Shown in pieces: positions 55,429 to 64,000 of a stretch of 64,000 nucleotides of DNA (position 1 is the stretch's first letter; each line of letters begins with the position of its first letter). A program made the position numbers and the translations under genes. Below the pieces are notes generated by a model that was given only the letters and a program-made list of their open reading frames with translations, searched no databases and had not been told where the DNA came from. This DNA is from Patescibacteria group bacterium (GTDB lineage Bacteria; Patescibacteriota; Minisyncoccia; Moranbacterales; GWC2-37-73): the NCBI GenBank assembly GCA_036391995.1, contig DASVYU010000015.1, forward strand, positions 350 to 64,349, in the 5' to 3' direction.

Positions 55429-58338
55429 TTATCGCTTGATGGCTATCCAAACATTCTCGCCATCTATTGTAAATTCCTTAGCAAGGTCAGCACTTTCGTT
55501 TTTTCCCTCATCCAAGCTATCAGAAAGCGTTTCTTTGCGGATAAGGTCGCCGAATTTGGCAAACACTTCCAGCATTCCATTATACCAGATATTGATGCGA
55601 TTGTCAACATCATATCCGGCTTCCTTGCGCATCTCCTGGATATGACGGATGATCTCCCGCGCCTTGCCTTCCATGATCAGATCTTTGCTAAGCTCGGTAT
55701 CCAGAACCACATTCGCTTCTTGGGCAGTGTCAACGACGACCTCCTTCACATTCAACTCCTCCTTGATGATGTCGGTCAATTCTTCGCCGAAAGATTCCTT
55801 GATTGAAACCTTAGCCAAAGGCTGGCGCACTTTGACCTTAGCCACAGCTCTTAGCTGCAATCCCTCGCTGACGACTTCGCGCACCTTGCGCATGTCATCA
55901 TTAAGCAAGCCGTCGATATGTGTGCGATCCCCTGTCGGCAGATCCTCCAAGTGCACCGATTCTTTGCCGGTAAGGTTCTTGAATATCTCTTCCGCAACAA
56001 ACGGTGTGAACGGCGCCATCAGCTTAGAAAGCGTCACCAGCACGTGGTGCAGGGTTGCATAAGCTTCGTTCTTGTCAGTGTCATTCTCACTCTTCCAGAA
56101 ACGCTTGCGCGACCTTCTCACATACCAATTAGAAAGATCATCCACGAAGCGCGGGAAAAGACGGGCCGCGCGATTGAGCTCATATTTTTCCATAGCATCA
56201 TGATAATTCTCAATCAGAGAATTGAGTTCGGAAAGGATCCAGCGATCCAGCAGATTGTTGGCTGCGGAATGCTTGAATTTCTCCTCATGTTCCCATTTGT
56301 CGATATTGGCATAGAGAACAAAGAAAGAATAGCTGTTCCAAAGCATGCGCATCATTCCGCTGACCAGCTGCGCCACATCCTTTTCGGAGAAGTTTAGATT
56401 CTGCGCTGCCACCACAGGCGAAGACATGAGATAGAAGCGCAATACATCCGCTCCGTATTTGTCGAAAACCAGAGTGGGATCAGGATAATTATTCAAGCGC
56501 TTGCTCATCTTTTTCCCATCTTCTGCCAGCACGATGCCATTTACAATCACATGATCGAAAGCCGGAGAACTCTTGAGCGCAGTCGCAATCACATGCAGAT
56601 AATAGAACCAAGCGCGAGTCTGATCCACGCCTTCCGCGATGAAATCAGCCGGAAAGCCTTGCTCGAATTTCTCACTGTTCTCGAAAGGATAATGCAGCTG
56701 CGCATATGGCATGGAACCGCTATCAAACCAGGTATCCAAAACATCAGGCACTCTTCTCATTTCGCCGCCGCATTTGTCGCAAGCGAAAACGATCTTATCC
56801 ACGACATGCTTGTGCAGATCCGTTACTTCCTGTCCGCTAGCTGCGCCAAGTTCTGCCACAGAGCCGAAAACTTTCGTCTCTCCACATTCACATCTCCAGA
56901 TCGGCATGACTGAAGCCCAGAAGCGCTGACGACTGATGGACCAGTCGCGTGCACCGGAAAGCCATTTGCCGAAGCGCCCTTCTTTGATGTGTTCAGGCGA
57001 CCAATGGATCTTATGCGCCAATTCCAAAGCCTCCGGCTTAATGTCGGTCACTTTCACGAACCATGATGACGTCGCGTAGTTTATGAGCGGCGTGTCGCAT
57101 CTCCAGCAGTGCGGATAGCTGTGTTCGTATTTCTCCTTGGCAAAAAGCAAACCGTTCTTGGCCAGATATTTGATGATTTCCACATCGGTCGTGGTGTGAT
57201 CGCCTTTAGGTTTCACGTGCAAACCTGCGAATTCCCCAGCTTCCTCCTTGATCACGCCATTCATGCCAACATGCTGCACGAATGGCAGATTATCGCTCTG
57301 TCCCAATTTCAAGTCATCTTCACCGAAAGCTGGTGCGATATGCACCACGCCTGTACCATCCTCAGTTGTCACGAAATCAGCTCCATATACTTTCCAACCT
57401 CTTTCGAAATTCTCGATCGAAGGTTTGGCATAATAATCAAACAGCGGCTTGTATGCTTTGCCAATAAGCTCAGACCCCTTAACTTCTTTGGTTATGTTTA
57501 TTTTCTTGTCCTTGAAAAGTTCATTTGCGCGATCTTTGGCCACAACAAATATCTCATCTTTGAATTCTCCGTCCTTCTCCACATTCACCGTTTCCACATA
57601 AACATAGTCGATATCAAAGCCTACTGCCAAGGCCACATTCCCGATCAGTGTCCAAGGCGTCGTCGTCCAAGCCAGAATGGAAACACCCGGTTCATCCACG
57701 AGTTCGAATTTGGCAATGGCTGACAAATCTTTCACATCCATATAGCCCTCGCTGACTTCCTGCTGCGAAAGCGTCGTCTCGCAGCGCGGACAAACATGCA
57801 TGGAGCGATAGCCTTCGTAGATCAGCCCTTTGTCCCAGAGCTGCTTGAATACCCACCACACCGATTCCATGTATGGCAGATCCATGGTCTTGTAGGAATT
57901 CTCCATGTCAGCCCAACGTCCCAAGCGATTAATCACTATTTTCCAATCATCCACATATTGCAAGACTTTCGAGCGGCACAGCTCGTTGAATTTTTCCACC
58001 CCCAATTTCTCGATGTCGCTCTTGGCCACTGAACCCAATTCCTTTTCCACGATGTTCTCGATCGGCAAACCATGGCAATCCCAACCCCATTTCCTTTCCA
58101 CCTGGAAACCGCGCATGGTCCAATAGCGCGGCACCACATCTTTCATGGTCGAAGCCACGATATGCCCATAATGAGGCATGCCGGTTGCAAACGGCGGACC
58201 ATCGAAGAAAGAATAGCGTTGCGCATCCTTCCTGTTCTCTATGGATTTCTCGAATATCTTGTTCTCGTTCCAGAATTTCAGCACTTCTTCTTCCATTTTC
58301 GGAAGACTTTGTTTGGGATCTACTTTTTTGAATGCCAT
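55429..58338 (-). CDS. ileS: isoleucine--tRNA ligase (type 2, eukaryote-like)
   Basis: 969 aa. FFDGPPFATGMPHYGHIVA HIGH and KMSKR motifs. Confidence 0.95.
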   Translation of the reverse strand: MAFKKVDPKQSLPKMEEEVLKFWNENKIFEKSIENRKDAQRYSFFDGPPFATGMPHYGHIVASTMKDVVPRYWTMRGFQVERKWGWDCHGLPIENIVEKELGSVAKSDIEKLGVEKFNELCRSKVLQYVDDWKIVINRLGRWADMENSYKTMDLPYMESVWWVFKQLWDKGLIYEGYRSMHVCPRCETTLSQQEVSEGYMDVKDLSAIAKFELVDEPGVSILAWTTTPWTLIGNVALAVGFDIDYVYVETVNVEKDGEFKDEIFVVAKDRANELFKDKKINITKEVKGSELIGKAYKPLFDYYAKPSIENFERGWKVYGADFVTTEDGTGVVHIAPAFGEDDLKLGQSDNLPFVQHVGMNGVIKEEAGEFAGLHVKPKGDHTTTDVEIIKYLAKNGLLFAKEKYEHSYPHCWRCDTPLINYATSSWFVKVTDIKPEALELAHKIHWSPEHIKEGRFGKWLSGARDWSISRQRFWASVMPIWRCECGETKVFGSVAELGAASGQEVTDLHKHVVDKIVFACDKCGGEMRRVPDVLDTWFDSGSMPYAQLHYPFENSEKFEQGFPADFIAEGVDQTRAWFYYLHVIATALKSSPAFDHVIVNGIVLAEDGKKMSKRLNNYPDPTLVFDKYGADVLRFYLMSSPVVAAQNLNFSEKDVAQLVSGMMRMLWNSYSFFVLYANIDKWEHEEKFKHSAANNLLDRWILSELNSLIENYHDAMEKYELNRAARLFPRFVDDLSNWYVRRSRKRFWKSENDTDKNEAYATLHHVLVTLSKLMAPFTPFVAEEIFKNLTGKESVHLEDLPTGDRTHIDGLLNDDMRKVREVVSEGLQLRAVAKVKVRQPLAKVSIKESFGEELTDIIKEELNVKEVVVDTAQEANVVLDTELSKDLIMEGKAREIIRHIQEMRKEAGYDVDNRINIWYNGMLEVFAKFGDLIRKETLSDSLDEGKNESADLAKEFTIDGENVWIAIKR

Positions 58339-58350
58339 ATGATTTTCTTC

Positions 58351-58764
58351 TTATTTTTTAATACTAACAAAATCGTTTAATGCAAGCTTGGTAATCCTTG
58401 TAATTTTAGGATTATTTAAAAAATTTTCAGCAGTATCTTCAATAATAGCCTGCCCTTCATGTAGCACTAAGAAATTCTTGGCTACATTTTTTACAACAAA
58501 CACATGTATATTGTGTTCAACACCGTCTAATTCAATTGTTTTAAGGTAATCATTTAATTTATAAAACTCATGTCCAGACAATTCTAGCTCTAGCTCTTCA
58601 TTTAGCTCTCGTTCCAATGCCTGCATCTCGTTTTCACTACCCTCAACAGCACCACCAAACATGGCAATCCTGCCAGGATTCAATATCTTGGCGTTGTCAT
58701 CTTTATGTTGCAAAAGAATCTTGCCTTCTTTAGTTATAAGCAAAGCATGGCTAGCATTTAGCAT
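58351..58764 (-). CDS. NUDIX hydrolase
   Basis: 137 aa. Canonical Nudix box GGAVEGSENEMQALERELNEELEL. Only 12 nt upstream of ileS, same strand. Confidence 0.8.
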   Translation of the reverse strand: MLNASHALLITKEGKILLQHKDDNAKILNPGRIAMFGGAVEGSENEMQALERELNEELELELSGHEFYKLNDYLKTIELDGVEHNIHVFVVKNVAKNFLVLHEGQAIIEDTAENFLNNPKITRITKLALNDFVSIKK

Positions 58765-58782
58765 ATTTTTGAAAATATAAAT

Positions 58783-59008
58783 AAAAAACGCCCTTATTCA
58801 GCATAAGGACGCCTTGAAAGCGTGGTACCACCTTAATTTAGCTTTTAGCTTCTAGCTTTTAGCTTTCAGGAATCCCCCCAAAAGCTAACGCGGCTAGCAG
58901 CTACAAGCTCTCATTTGCGGCTGTTACGGGCCTGCCCGTCAGAGTCTAATTTCCCGAAGGATTTCTTTCTGCAGCTCGGGAGTGATAGCTCCGTCATCGC
59001 TTTTGATA
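58783..59008 (-). promoter_or_regulatory. T-box riboswitch leader (Ile-type) controlling the nudix-ileS operon
   Basis: Minus strand: the T-box sequence aaauuaaggUGGUACCacgc, then antiterminator pairing acgc/gcgu and aagg/ccuu, mutually exclusive with the terminator ggcguccuu-augcugaa-uaagggcg-uuuuuu. AUC triplets lie in the upstream stem-loop region (gagcuAUCAcu and gaaAUCcuu). A TTTACA-17-TAGTAT promoter sits at about 59016-59044. Confidence 0.75.
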
Positions 59009-59018
59009 TATCCAAATA

Positions 59019-60188
59019 CTACTGCTTTTTGAAACTTTTGTAAATTCCCACGATTTCGCGCGCTGTCTTGTCCCAATCGAACTTCTTGGCTTGTGCCAAT
59101 CCCAATGAGCGGTAACGATTGCGCAGCGATTCGTCTTCGGCAAATTTGCTCATGGCTGATACCATATCATTCACGTCGCGCGGATTAACGAAATGCGCGG
59201 CACTGTCAGCGATTTCAGGCATGGAAGCCACATCTGAAACGATGGCTGGCGTCTGGGTCGCGAAAGCTTCCAGCACTGTCATCCCAAATCCTTCGTGCAA
59301 CGTCGGCATGATGAAGAATTCAGCTTTGCGGAAAAGCGGCACCAATTCATCCCCGATCACATAACCCGTAAAAACAACATCTTTAGCCAGTCCCAGATTC
59401 TTGATCATCTGCACATATTGCTTAGTAGCCCAGCCGCGCTTGCCAGCCAGCACCAACTGATAGTCGAATTTCCCGTTGTTCTTCTTTTTCTGCTCAGCTT
59501 TGAATCTTGCAAAAGCTTCCAATAATCTGGCAATATTTTTAGACGGCTCCAATGTTCCCAAGAACAAGATATACTTTTTCTCTATGCCATATTTTCCCAG
59601 CACTTTAGCCACATCAGATTCCGGTTCTTCAAAGAAGCGCTCATCCAATCCGCTATACACTACCTGGATCAATTCCGAAGGGATAGAGAGGAATTTCTCC
59701 ACATCCTTTTTGAGCGACTCGGAAACAGCCACGACCTTATCGGCTTTCTTGGCCATCAGGCGCATGACAGCTTTGTCGCGAGCCCTTTTCACAGGCGGCA
59801 ATTCCTTCGGGATGCGCATAGGCGCCATGTCATGGAAAGTCACAACCAGGTTGCCGCGATAACTCAAAGGTATGCGATTAAGTGAGGATGTGGCATGCAG
59901 CACGTCCAAATTCTCTTTTTGGAGCGTAGCCAGACCCAGGATCTCATTATAGGCTCCCGGCAGATATTTCTTGTAGTCGGAAAAAGGATAAAACTTGATC
60001 TTCACATTAGGACGCGAGAACTTTTTGACATCCTTTTCGCGCACGCGGAAGTCGAAGAACAGCACGTATTCGTTCTCCGTGTCATTTTTCAGAAGATGCC
60101 TGATAAGCTGGTATGTGTAGTGCCCCACGCCGATAGCATCCCCCTTTTCGGGGTTCAGGATCGAGCGGGCGTCAATTCCGATTCTCAT
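59019..60188 (-). CDS. glycosyltransferase family 4 (GT-B, group 1)
   Basis: 389 aa. EGFGMTVLEAFATQTPAIVSDVASMPEI matches the E-X7-E region. Confidence 0.8.
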   Translation of the reverse strand: MRIGIDARSILNPEKGDAIGVGHYTYQLIRHLLKNDTENEYVLFFDFRVREKDVKKFSRPNVKIKFYPFSDYKKYLPGAYNEILGLATLQKENLDVLHATSSLNRIPLSYRGNLVVTFHDMAPMRIPKELPPVKRARDKAVMRLMAKKADKVVAVSESLKKDVEKFLSIPSELIQVVYSGLDERFFEEPESDVAKVLGKYGIEKKYILFLGTLEPSKNIARLLEAFARFKAEQKKKNNGKFDYQLVLAGKRGWATKQYVQMIKNLGLAKDVVFTGYVIGDELVPLFRKAEFFIMPTLHEGFGMTVLEAFATQTPAIVSDVASMPEIADSAAHFVNPRDVNDMVSAMSKFAEDESLRNRYRSLGLAQAKKFDWDKTAREIVGIYKSFKKQ

Positions 60189-60282
60189 ATTTTTGCTTCA
60201 GACCCAACAGGCGCAAGCGGCTGATGAGCCTTCAATATTACACCTTATTGTGCTTCCTTGAGATTCGTTTGTCAAGAAGAAA

Positions 60283-61932
60283 TCACATCTTTTCAGGAGC
60301 GTCTACTCCCACAAGTCTAAGCGTTTCAGCTAACACTATTCTAGCAGCTTCCACCAAAGAAAGTCTAGCTTTCGTAAGCTCAGGATTTTCCTCATCGATC
60401 ACGCGGCAAGCGTCATAGAAAGAGTGGAATTTATCAGCCAGAGAAATCGCATAATGCGGCAATTTGTGCACAGCATAGGTCTCAGAAACTTCCGCCACCA
60501 GTTCTGGAAACTTGTCCAATTCCTTGATCAGGTTCAACTCCCTCTCATGCTGCAATAAAGATAAATCTACATCTTGTTTGGAAATTGGAAATTGGAAATT
60601 GGAAATTCCAGCTTCTCGAGCCTTCTCGAGAATGCTGGATATGCGAGCGTGGGCATATTGGACATAGAAAACAGGATTTTTCTGCGAGCGTTCCGCTGCC
60701 AAACCCATATCGAAATTCATATGCGTGTCCGGCGAATACATCAGGAAGAAAAATCTGGTGACATCATGTCCCAATTCATCAATCAGATCATCAATGTAGA
60801 CAACATTGCCTGCGCGCTTACTCATTCTGACTTCCTTGCCGTCTTTCATGAGACGCACCAACTGCACAATATTGAAACGTACTCTTTCCGGCGCAACACC
60901 CAAGGCTTGAGCGGCAGCAGAAAAACGCACGATGTACCCATGATGATCAGCTCCCCAAGTTTCAACAAGATCAGTGAAACCTCTTTCCACTTTATTGAGA
61001 ATATATCCGCAATCAGAAGCGAAATATGTCTTCTGACCATTGGCTTTCACCAGAACTCTGTCCTTGTCATCTCCAAAATCAGTGGTTCTCAGCCACAATG
61101 CCCCTTCTTCTTCAAAGGTCAAACCTTTTTTGCTGAGAATTTCAATAGCCCTGTCTACAAAACCTTCATCACACAGAGATTTTTCAGATATCCATTCATC
61201 AAAAGAGATTTGCATTTTTTCCGCAGCAGTCTTTTTGATGAAATTTTCCAAAATATATTCAGCCGCTTTTTCTCCAACCTCTCTAACATCTTTGCCATCT
61301 GCCATCTCAGCATTGAGCTTGTCTATATATTCGCCGCCATAAACAGCTTCCTCATCTTTCAAGACGCTGTGACCAAGCTTCATGACTTGTTCACCAGCAT
61401 CGTTTACGTAATATTCATTCGCAACTTCAAAGCCTGCTTTTCTGAGCACGCGCGAAAGAGAATCACCGAAAAATCCGCCGCGACCATTGCCTAAATGCAT
61501 AGGTCCGGTCGGATTGGCTGAAATGAATTCATTGTTAATTTTAACACCACTACCAATCTCATTGCTGCCGAATTTTTCCTTTTCAGAGTTTATTTTCTCA
61601 ACAACATCCTGCAAATATTTCCTAGAAAGATAGAAATTGATATGTCCTGGCGGTGCAATTTCAATTTTTTCAATATACGAATCTTTCAACTTTTCACTTT
61701 CAACTTTCAGCTCATTGGCTATTTCCAAAGGATTTTTTTTGAGCTGCTTGGACAATATCATGGCCACATTGGTCGTGTAATCGCCGAAAGCATCATTCTT
61801 GGGATGATCCACGATTATTTCAGCAATTTCAAAAGCAGGCCAATTATTGGCTTTTTTTGCCTCAAACAAGGCATTTTTTATAATTTCTTGTATAGTATTT
61901 TTCATACTGGTATTATTCCATATTGATGCCAT
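60283..61932 (-). CDS. argS: arginine--tRNA ligase
   Basis: 549 aa. HIGH-region PTGPMHLGNGRGG, and a DALR anticodon-binding C-terminus ending ...PEKM. Confidence 0.9.
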   Translation of the reverse strand: MASIWNNTSMKNTIQEIIKNALFEAKKANNWPAFEIAEIIVDHPKNDAFGDYTTNVAMILSKQLKKNPLEIANELKVESEKLKDSYIEKIEIAPPGHINFYLSRKYLQDVVEKINSEKEKFGSNEIGSGVKINNEFISANPTGPMHLGNGRGGFFGDSLSRVLRKAGFEVANEYYVNDAGEQVMKLGHSVLKDEEAVYGGEYIDKLNAEMADGKDVREVGEKAAEYILENFIKKTAAEKMQISFDEWISEKSLCDEGFVDRAIEILSKKGLTFEEEGALWLRTTDFGDDKDRVLVKANGQKTYFASDCGYILNKVERGFTDLVETWGADHHGYIVRFSAAAQALGVAPERVRFNIVQLVRLMKDGKEVRMSKRAGNVVYIDDLIDELGHDVTRFFFLMYSPDTHMNFDMGLAAERSQKNPVFYVQYAHARISSILEKAREAGISNFQFPISKQDVDLSLLQHERELNLIKELDKFPELVAEVSETYAVHKLPHYAISLADKFHSFYDACRVIDEENPELTKARLSLVEAARIVLAETLRLVGVDAPEKM

Positions 61933-61995
61933 TTAGGCAAGAAAAAATCCCTCAAAGGAGGGATTTTTTAGATTCTAAAACTTTTACTGTTCGGA

Positions 61996-63108
61996 TCAAG
62001 GAGCAACTTCCTTCCAACCTCCTACGCTGCGCTGTGCACAATCTGAATCAGTAGCACAAGTTGCCTTCCCAGCAGGAATCAAGGTCATACATGTGCTGTT
62101 ATTAGAAACATCAGTGGCATCAAAGCCTCCCGTGGACAAGTTGCATTTCGCATTTGAATCACAGGTTTTAGCGTGACATCCAGTTGTGATATTGACAGGA
62201 TCCGACTGCACGCCATCACAAGTAAGAATGAACGTCTCCGACTTGTGGCTGGAATCAATCACCACAGGATCGCCATTTCCGGTTGAGTTGGTGCTTTTCG
62301 ATCCTTTCCATAGATTTCGATCAGGCGCTGTACTTGCTGTGCAGGAGCTTGCATTAGTTGAAGTCCATGTCAAATAAATGGTCTGCGGAAGGGGATTATT
62401 ATCTATATTTATGGTAGAAACTGGATTTCCACTGGAATCCTTTGCTTTCAAAGTAACAGTTGTAACACCGGAACTTGTTAATGTTGCACCGTTAAAATCA
62501 ATATACCCGAGACCATTGGCCATATTATTTGCACTGCCAGCAGTTTCGCCATTCCAAGCAAAACCAGTCAGAACATTTCCGTTTATAGAAACACCATTCA
62601 TATGAATCCAACCGTCCCAACCGCCTGAATTACCAACAGCACTGGCTTTGGCAATTTCCACAAACCTTGCCCAGCCAACCAAATTATTCCCTATTCGTTT
62701 CACTCCACCATTAGCATTAACCCCATCACTACTATTAGGTGCTGCACATGAGGCAGCAGCATAACCTTGTCCTTGATTACAATTATCTTGCGGATTAAAA
62801 TCTATGTAACCAAGGTTAGAAGTCCAGGCGTATCCACTCATTTTGCCAGTGGTATTGTCAAGATTCACACCGTAAGATCCTCCTCCGGAACCGGAATTGG
62901 TGTCATTCATGCTTATCCAGCCTGCGCCGGTTTCTGTTCCTACCGTGTCATCTTTGCTTCCACCCCAAAGCCAGCCAGTCATGTTGTCACCAGTTCCAGC
63001 CTTGATTCTCGCAGCTCCAGCCGCAACAAAAACGATTGCAAAAACAGCGACAGAAAGCACGATCTTCTTGAATTGTCTTTTGGATTTGTTTTTGGCTGTT
63101 TTTTTCAT
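61996..63108 (-). CDS. hypothetical secreted/anchored Gly-Ser-Asn-rich repeat protein with Cys-rich C-terminal domain
   Basis: 370 aa. N-terminal signal anchor, repeated G(Y/F)AW(T/N)...(N/G)LGYIDFN motifs, and a C-terminus with 10 or more Cys. Confidence 0.5.
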   Translation of the reverse strand: MKKTAKNKSKRQFKKIVLSVAVFAIVFVAAGAARIKAGTGDNMTGWLWGGSKDDTVGTETGAGWISMNDTNSGSGGGSYGVNLDNTTGKMSGYAWTSNLGYIDFNPQDNCNQGQGYAAASCAAPNSSDGVNANGGVKRIGNNLVGWARFVEIAKASAVGNSGGWDGWIHMNGVSINGNVLTGFAWNGETAGSANNMANGLGYIDFNGATLTSSGVTTVTLKAKDSSGNPVSTINIDNNPLPQTIYLTWTSTNASSCTASTAPDRNLWKGSKSTNSTGNGDPVVIDSSHKSETFILTCDGVQSDPVNITTGCHAKTCDSNAKCNLSTGGFDATDVSNNSTCMTLIPAGKATCATDSDCAQRSVGGWKEVAP

Positions 63109-63152
63109 TGCGATTTTCTTAGGCTTTTATTTTTTCAAAATTTCACGTTTCG

Positions 63153-63455
63153 CTATTTTTTTTGCGGAGCCTGCGGCTGCAGAGCCTGCTGTTGGAGCTG
63201 GTTGGCTTGCTGCAAGCACTGGCCGCTCACCACCTGTACTTTTGTCTCATTGCTGCGCACTTCGAATGGCTGGCATCCTTCTTTCTTGGCTTGATCAATT
63301 ACCTGATTGATGGCATCGCCATAGCCCTGCTGATAGGAGGCCTGCATACCGCGGATCTTGAATCCTTGGTATTGATCCCAAATGACATAGCCTGTAGCAG
63401 CCAGGAACCAAATAATCAAAACGGTCTTTATAACATCTTGTCTTGTCACATGCAT
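63153..63455 (-). CDS. hypothetical small membrane-anchored protein
   Basis: 100 aa with a single N-terminal TM (VLIIWFLAATGYVIW) and a Q-rich tail. Confidence 0.4.
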   Translation of the reverse strand: MHVTRQDVIKTVLIIWFLAATGYVIWDQYQGFKIRGMQASYQQGYGDAINQVIDQAKKEGCQPFEVRSNETKVQVVSGQCLQQANQLQQQALQPQAPQKK

Positions 63456-63482
63456 AGCAGTTTCAGTTAGTGTAAAAACACA

Positions 63483-63989
63483 TTAATTTAAATCGATTTC
63501 AGTTGCTGTAAATTCAGCAGCGTTGCTTATGTCACCTTCGGCTCTTACATTCACATTTTGTCCAGGCTTAAGATCAGACGCTGAAATTTCCTTCAAATCA
63601 AATATGGATGGTGGCGTAGGTTGCTGCGCAGTATCATTGCTTCCTGTAACCTGTTCAAGCATCTTGCTTTGAAATTCCTGCCTTTCTTTTTGAAATTGTT
63701 CCTGATCCTTTTGTGTAATCAGCACCACTTTGGTTTGGCCATTTATACGGACCATACGATTTTCCAGACTCGGATCACTGAGCGGATCGGAGGATGCGAC
63801 CGACTTCAATGTTACCACATCAGCAGAAACGGCAGCAATTATGCCTCTGACATAATTAGACCGCAAACTTTGTGCTTCTTTTAATGCGCCGCTGTTGCTT
63901 TCTTGCAGCTTTCTCTTGGCAGCATCCCAGCCTTTTTGATATGTATCTGACCCCTTAAAGAATCCTCCAAGCTTCGTCTTTGAAGACAT
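63483..63989 (-). CDS. hypothetical protein
   Basis: 168 aa ORF with an ATG at 63987-63989. No recognisable domain. Confidence 0.4.
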   Translation of the reverse strand: MSSKTKLGGFFKGSDTYQKGWDAAKRKLQESNSGALKEAQSLRSNYVRGIIAAVSADVVTLKSVASSDPLSDPSLENRMVRINGQTKVVLITQKDQEQFQKERQEFQSKMLEQVTGSNDTAQQPTPPSIFDLKEISASDLKPGQNVNVRAEGDISNAAEFTATEIDLN

Positions 63990-64000
63990 ATGCCCGCCTG

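Noticed and set aside
58841-58872. (tagctttt)n tandem repeat, considered as a mini CRISPR or satellite
   Set aside because: It has only about 4 short units, lies inside the T-box leader, and has no spacers or cas genes.
58765-59018. GC-richer structured spacer considered as tmRNA, SRP RNA or RNase P RNA
   Set aside because: It has no tmRNA tag/tRNA-like ends, no SRP domain IV GGAAGCAGC motif and no RNase P P4 sequence. The T-box consensus plus terminator explains the structure.

Overview
This 64 kb window looks like part of a low-GC, gene-dense bacterial chromosome. Most genes are housekeeping and most lie on the minus strand. The compact proteins, eukaryote-like IleRS, a bacterial ELP3 homologue, several large unannotatable surface proteins and tRNAs without encoded CCA point, by inference, to a reduced-genome CPR/Patescibacteria-like organism.

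Genes I can support from sequence:
- Cell wall and envelope: murD (partial), a D-aminoacylase-family amidohydrolase, an L,D-transpeptidase, glmS, ddl, a MurF-like ligase, a GT4 glycosyltransferase, a PAP2 phosphatase.
- Replication and repair: dnaE, rnhB, recO.
- Transcription, translation and RNA processing: rnc, nusB, rpmF, rplA, rplK, nusG, secE, gatB, and the synthetases thrS, leuS, ileS and argS.
- tRNA and rRNA modification: miaB, miaA, tgt, an ELP3 homologue, rlmN.
- Nucleotide and folate metabolism: folA, thyA, a dCMP-deaminase-like protein, a dNMP-kinase-like protein, folD.
- Redox and metal: trxA, trxB, a CsoR-like repressor.
- Transport: an NRAMP transporter and a MacB/FtsX-type ABC pair.
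- Two tRNAs, Ile-GAT and Ala-TGC, as a standalone pair.
- Numerous intrinsic terminators and sigma70-like promoters readable in the intergenic spacers.

The most notable non-coding signals:
1. A canonical T-box riboswitch precedes a nudix–ileS operon. It has the T-box sequence AAUUAAGGUGGUACCACGC, with a UGGUACC bulge matching the discriminator A of the tRNA-Ile in this window, an antiterminator mutually exclusive with a U-tailed terminator, and AUC triplets in the leader.
2. A perfectly palindromic 33–35 bp element is inserted in-frame in two unrelated essential genes, rnhB and tgt. It behaves like the Rickettsia palindromic elements (RPE).
3. A promoter is followed directly by a terminator hairpin in the secE–nusG leader.
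4. A self-contained two-gene unit encodes an XRE-type HTH protein and a protein with a sigma-70 region-4 domain.

No CRISPR array, no rRNA, and no obvious transposase or integrase were seen. My hand-indexed coordinates may be off by about 1 nt from the ORF track in places.
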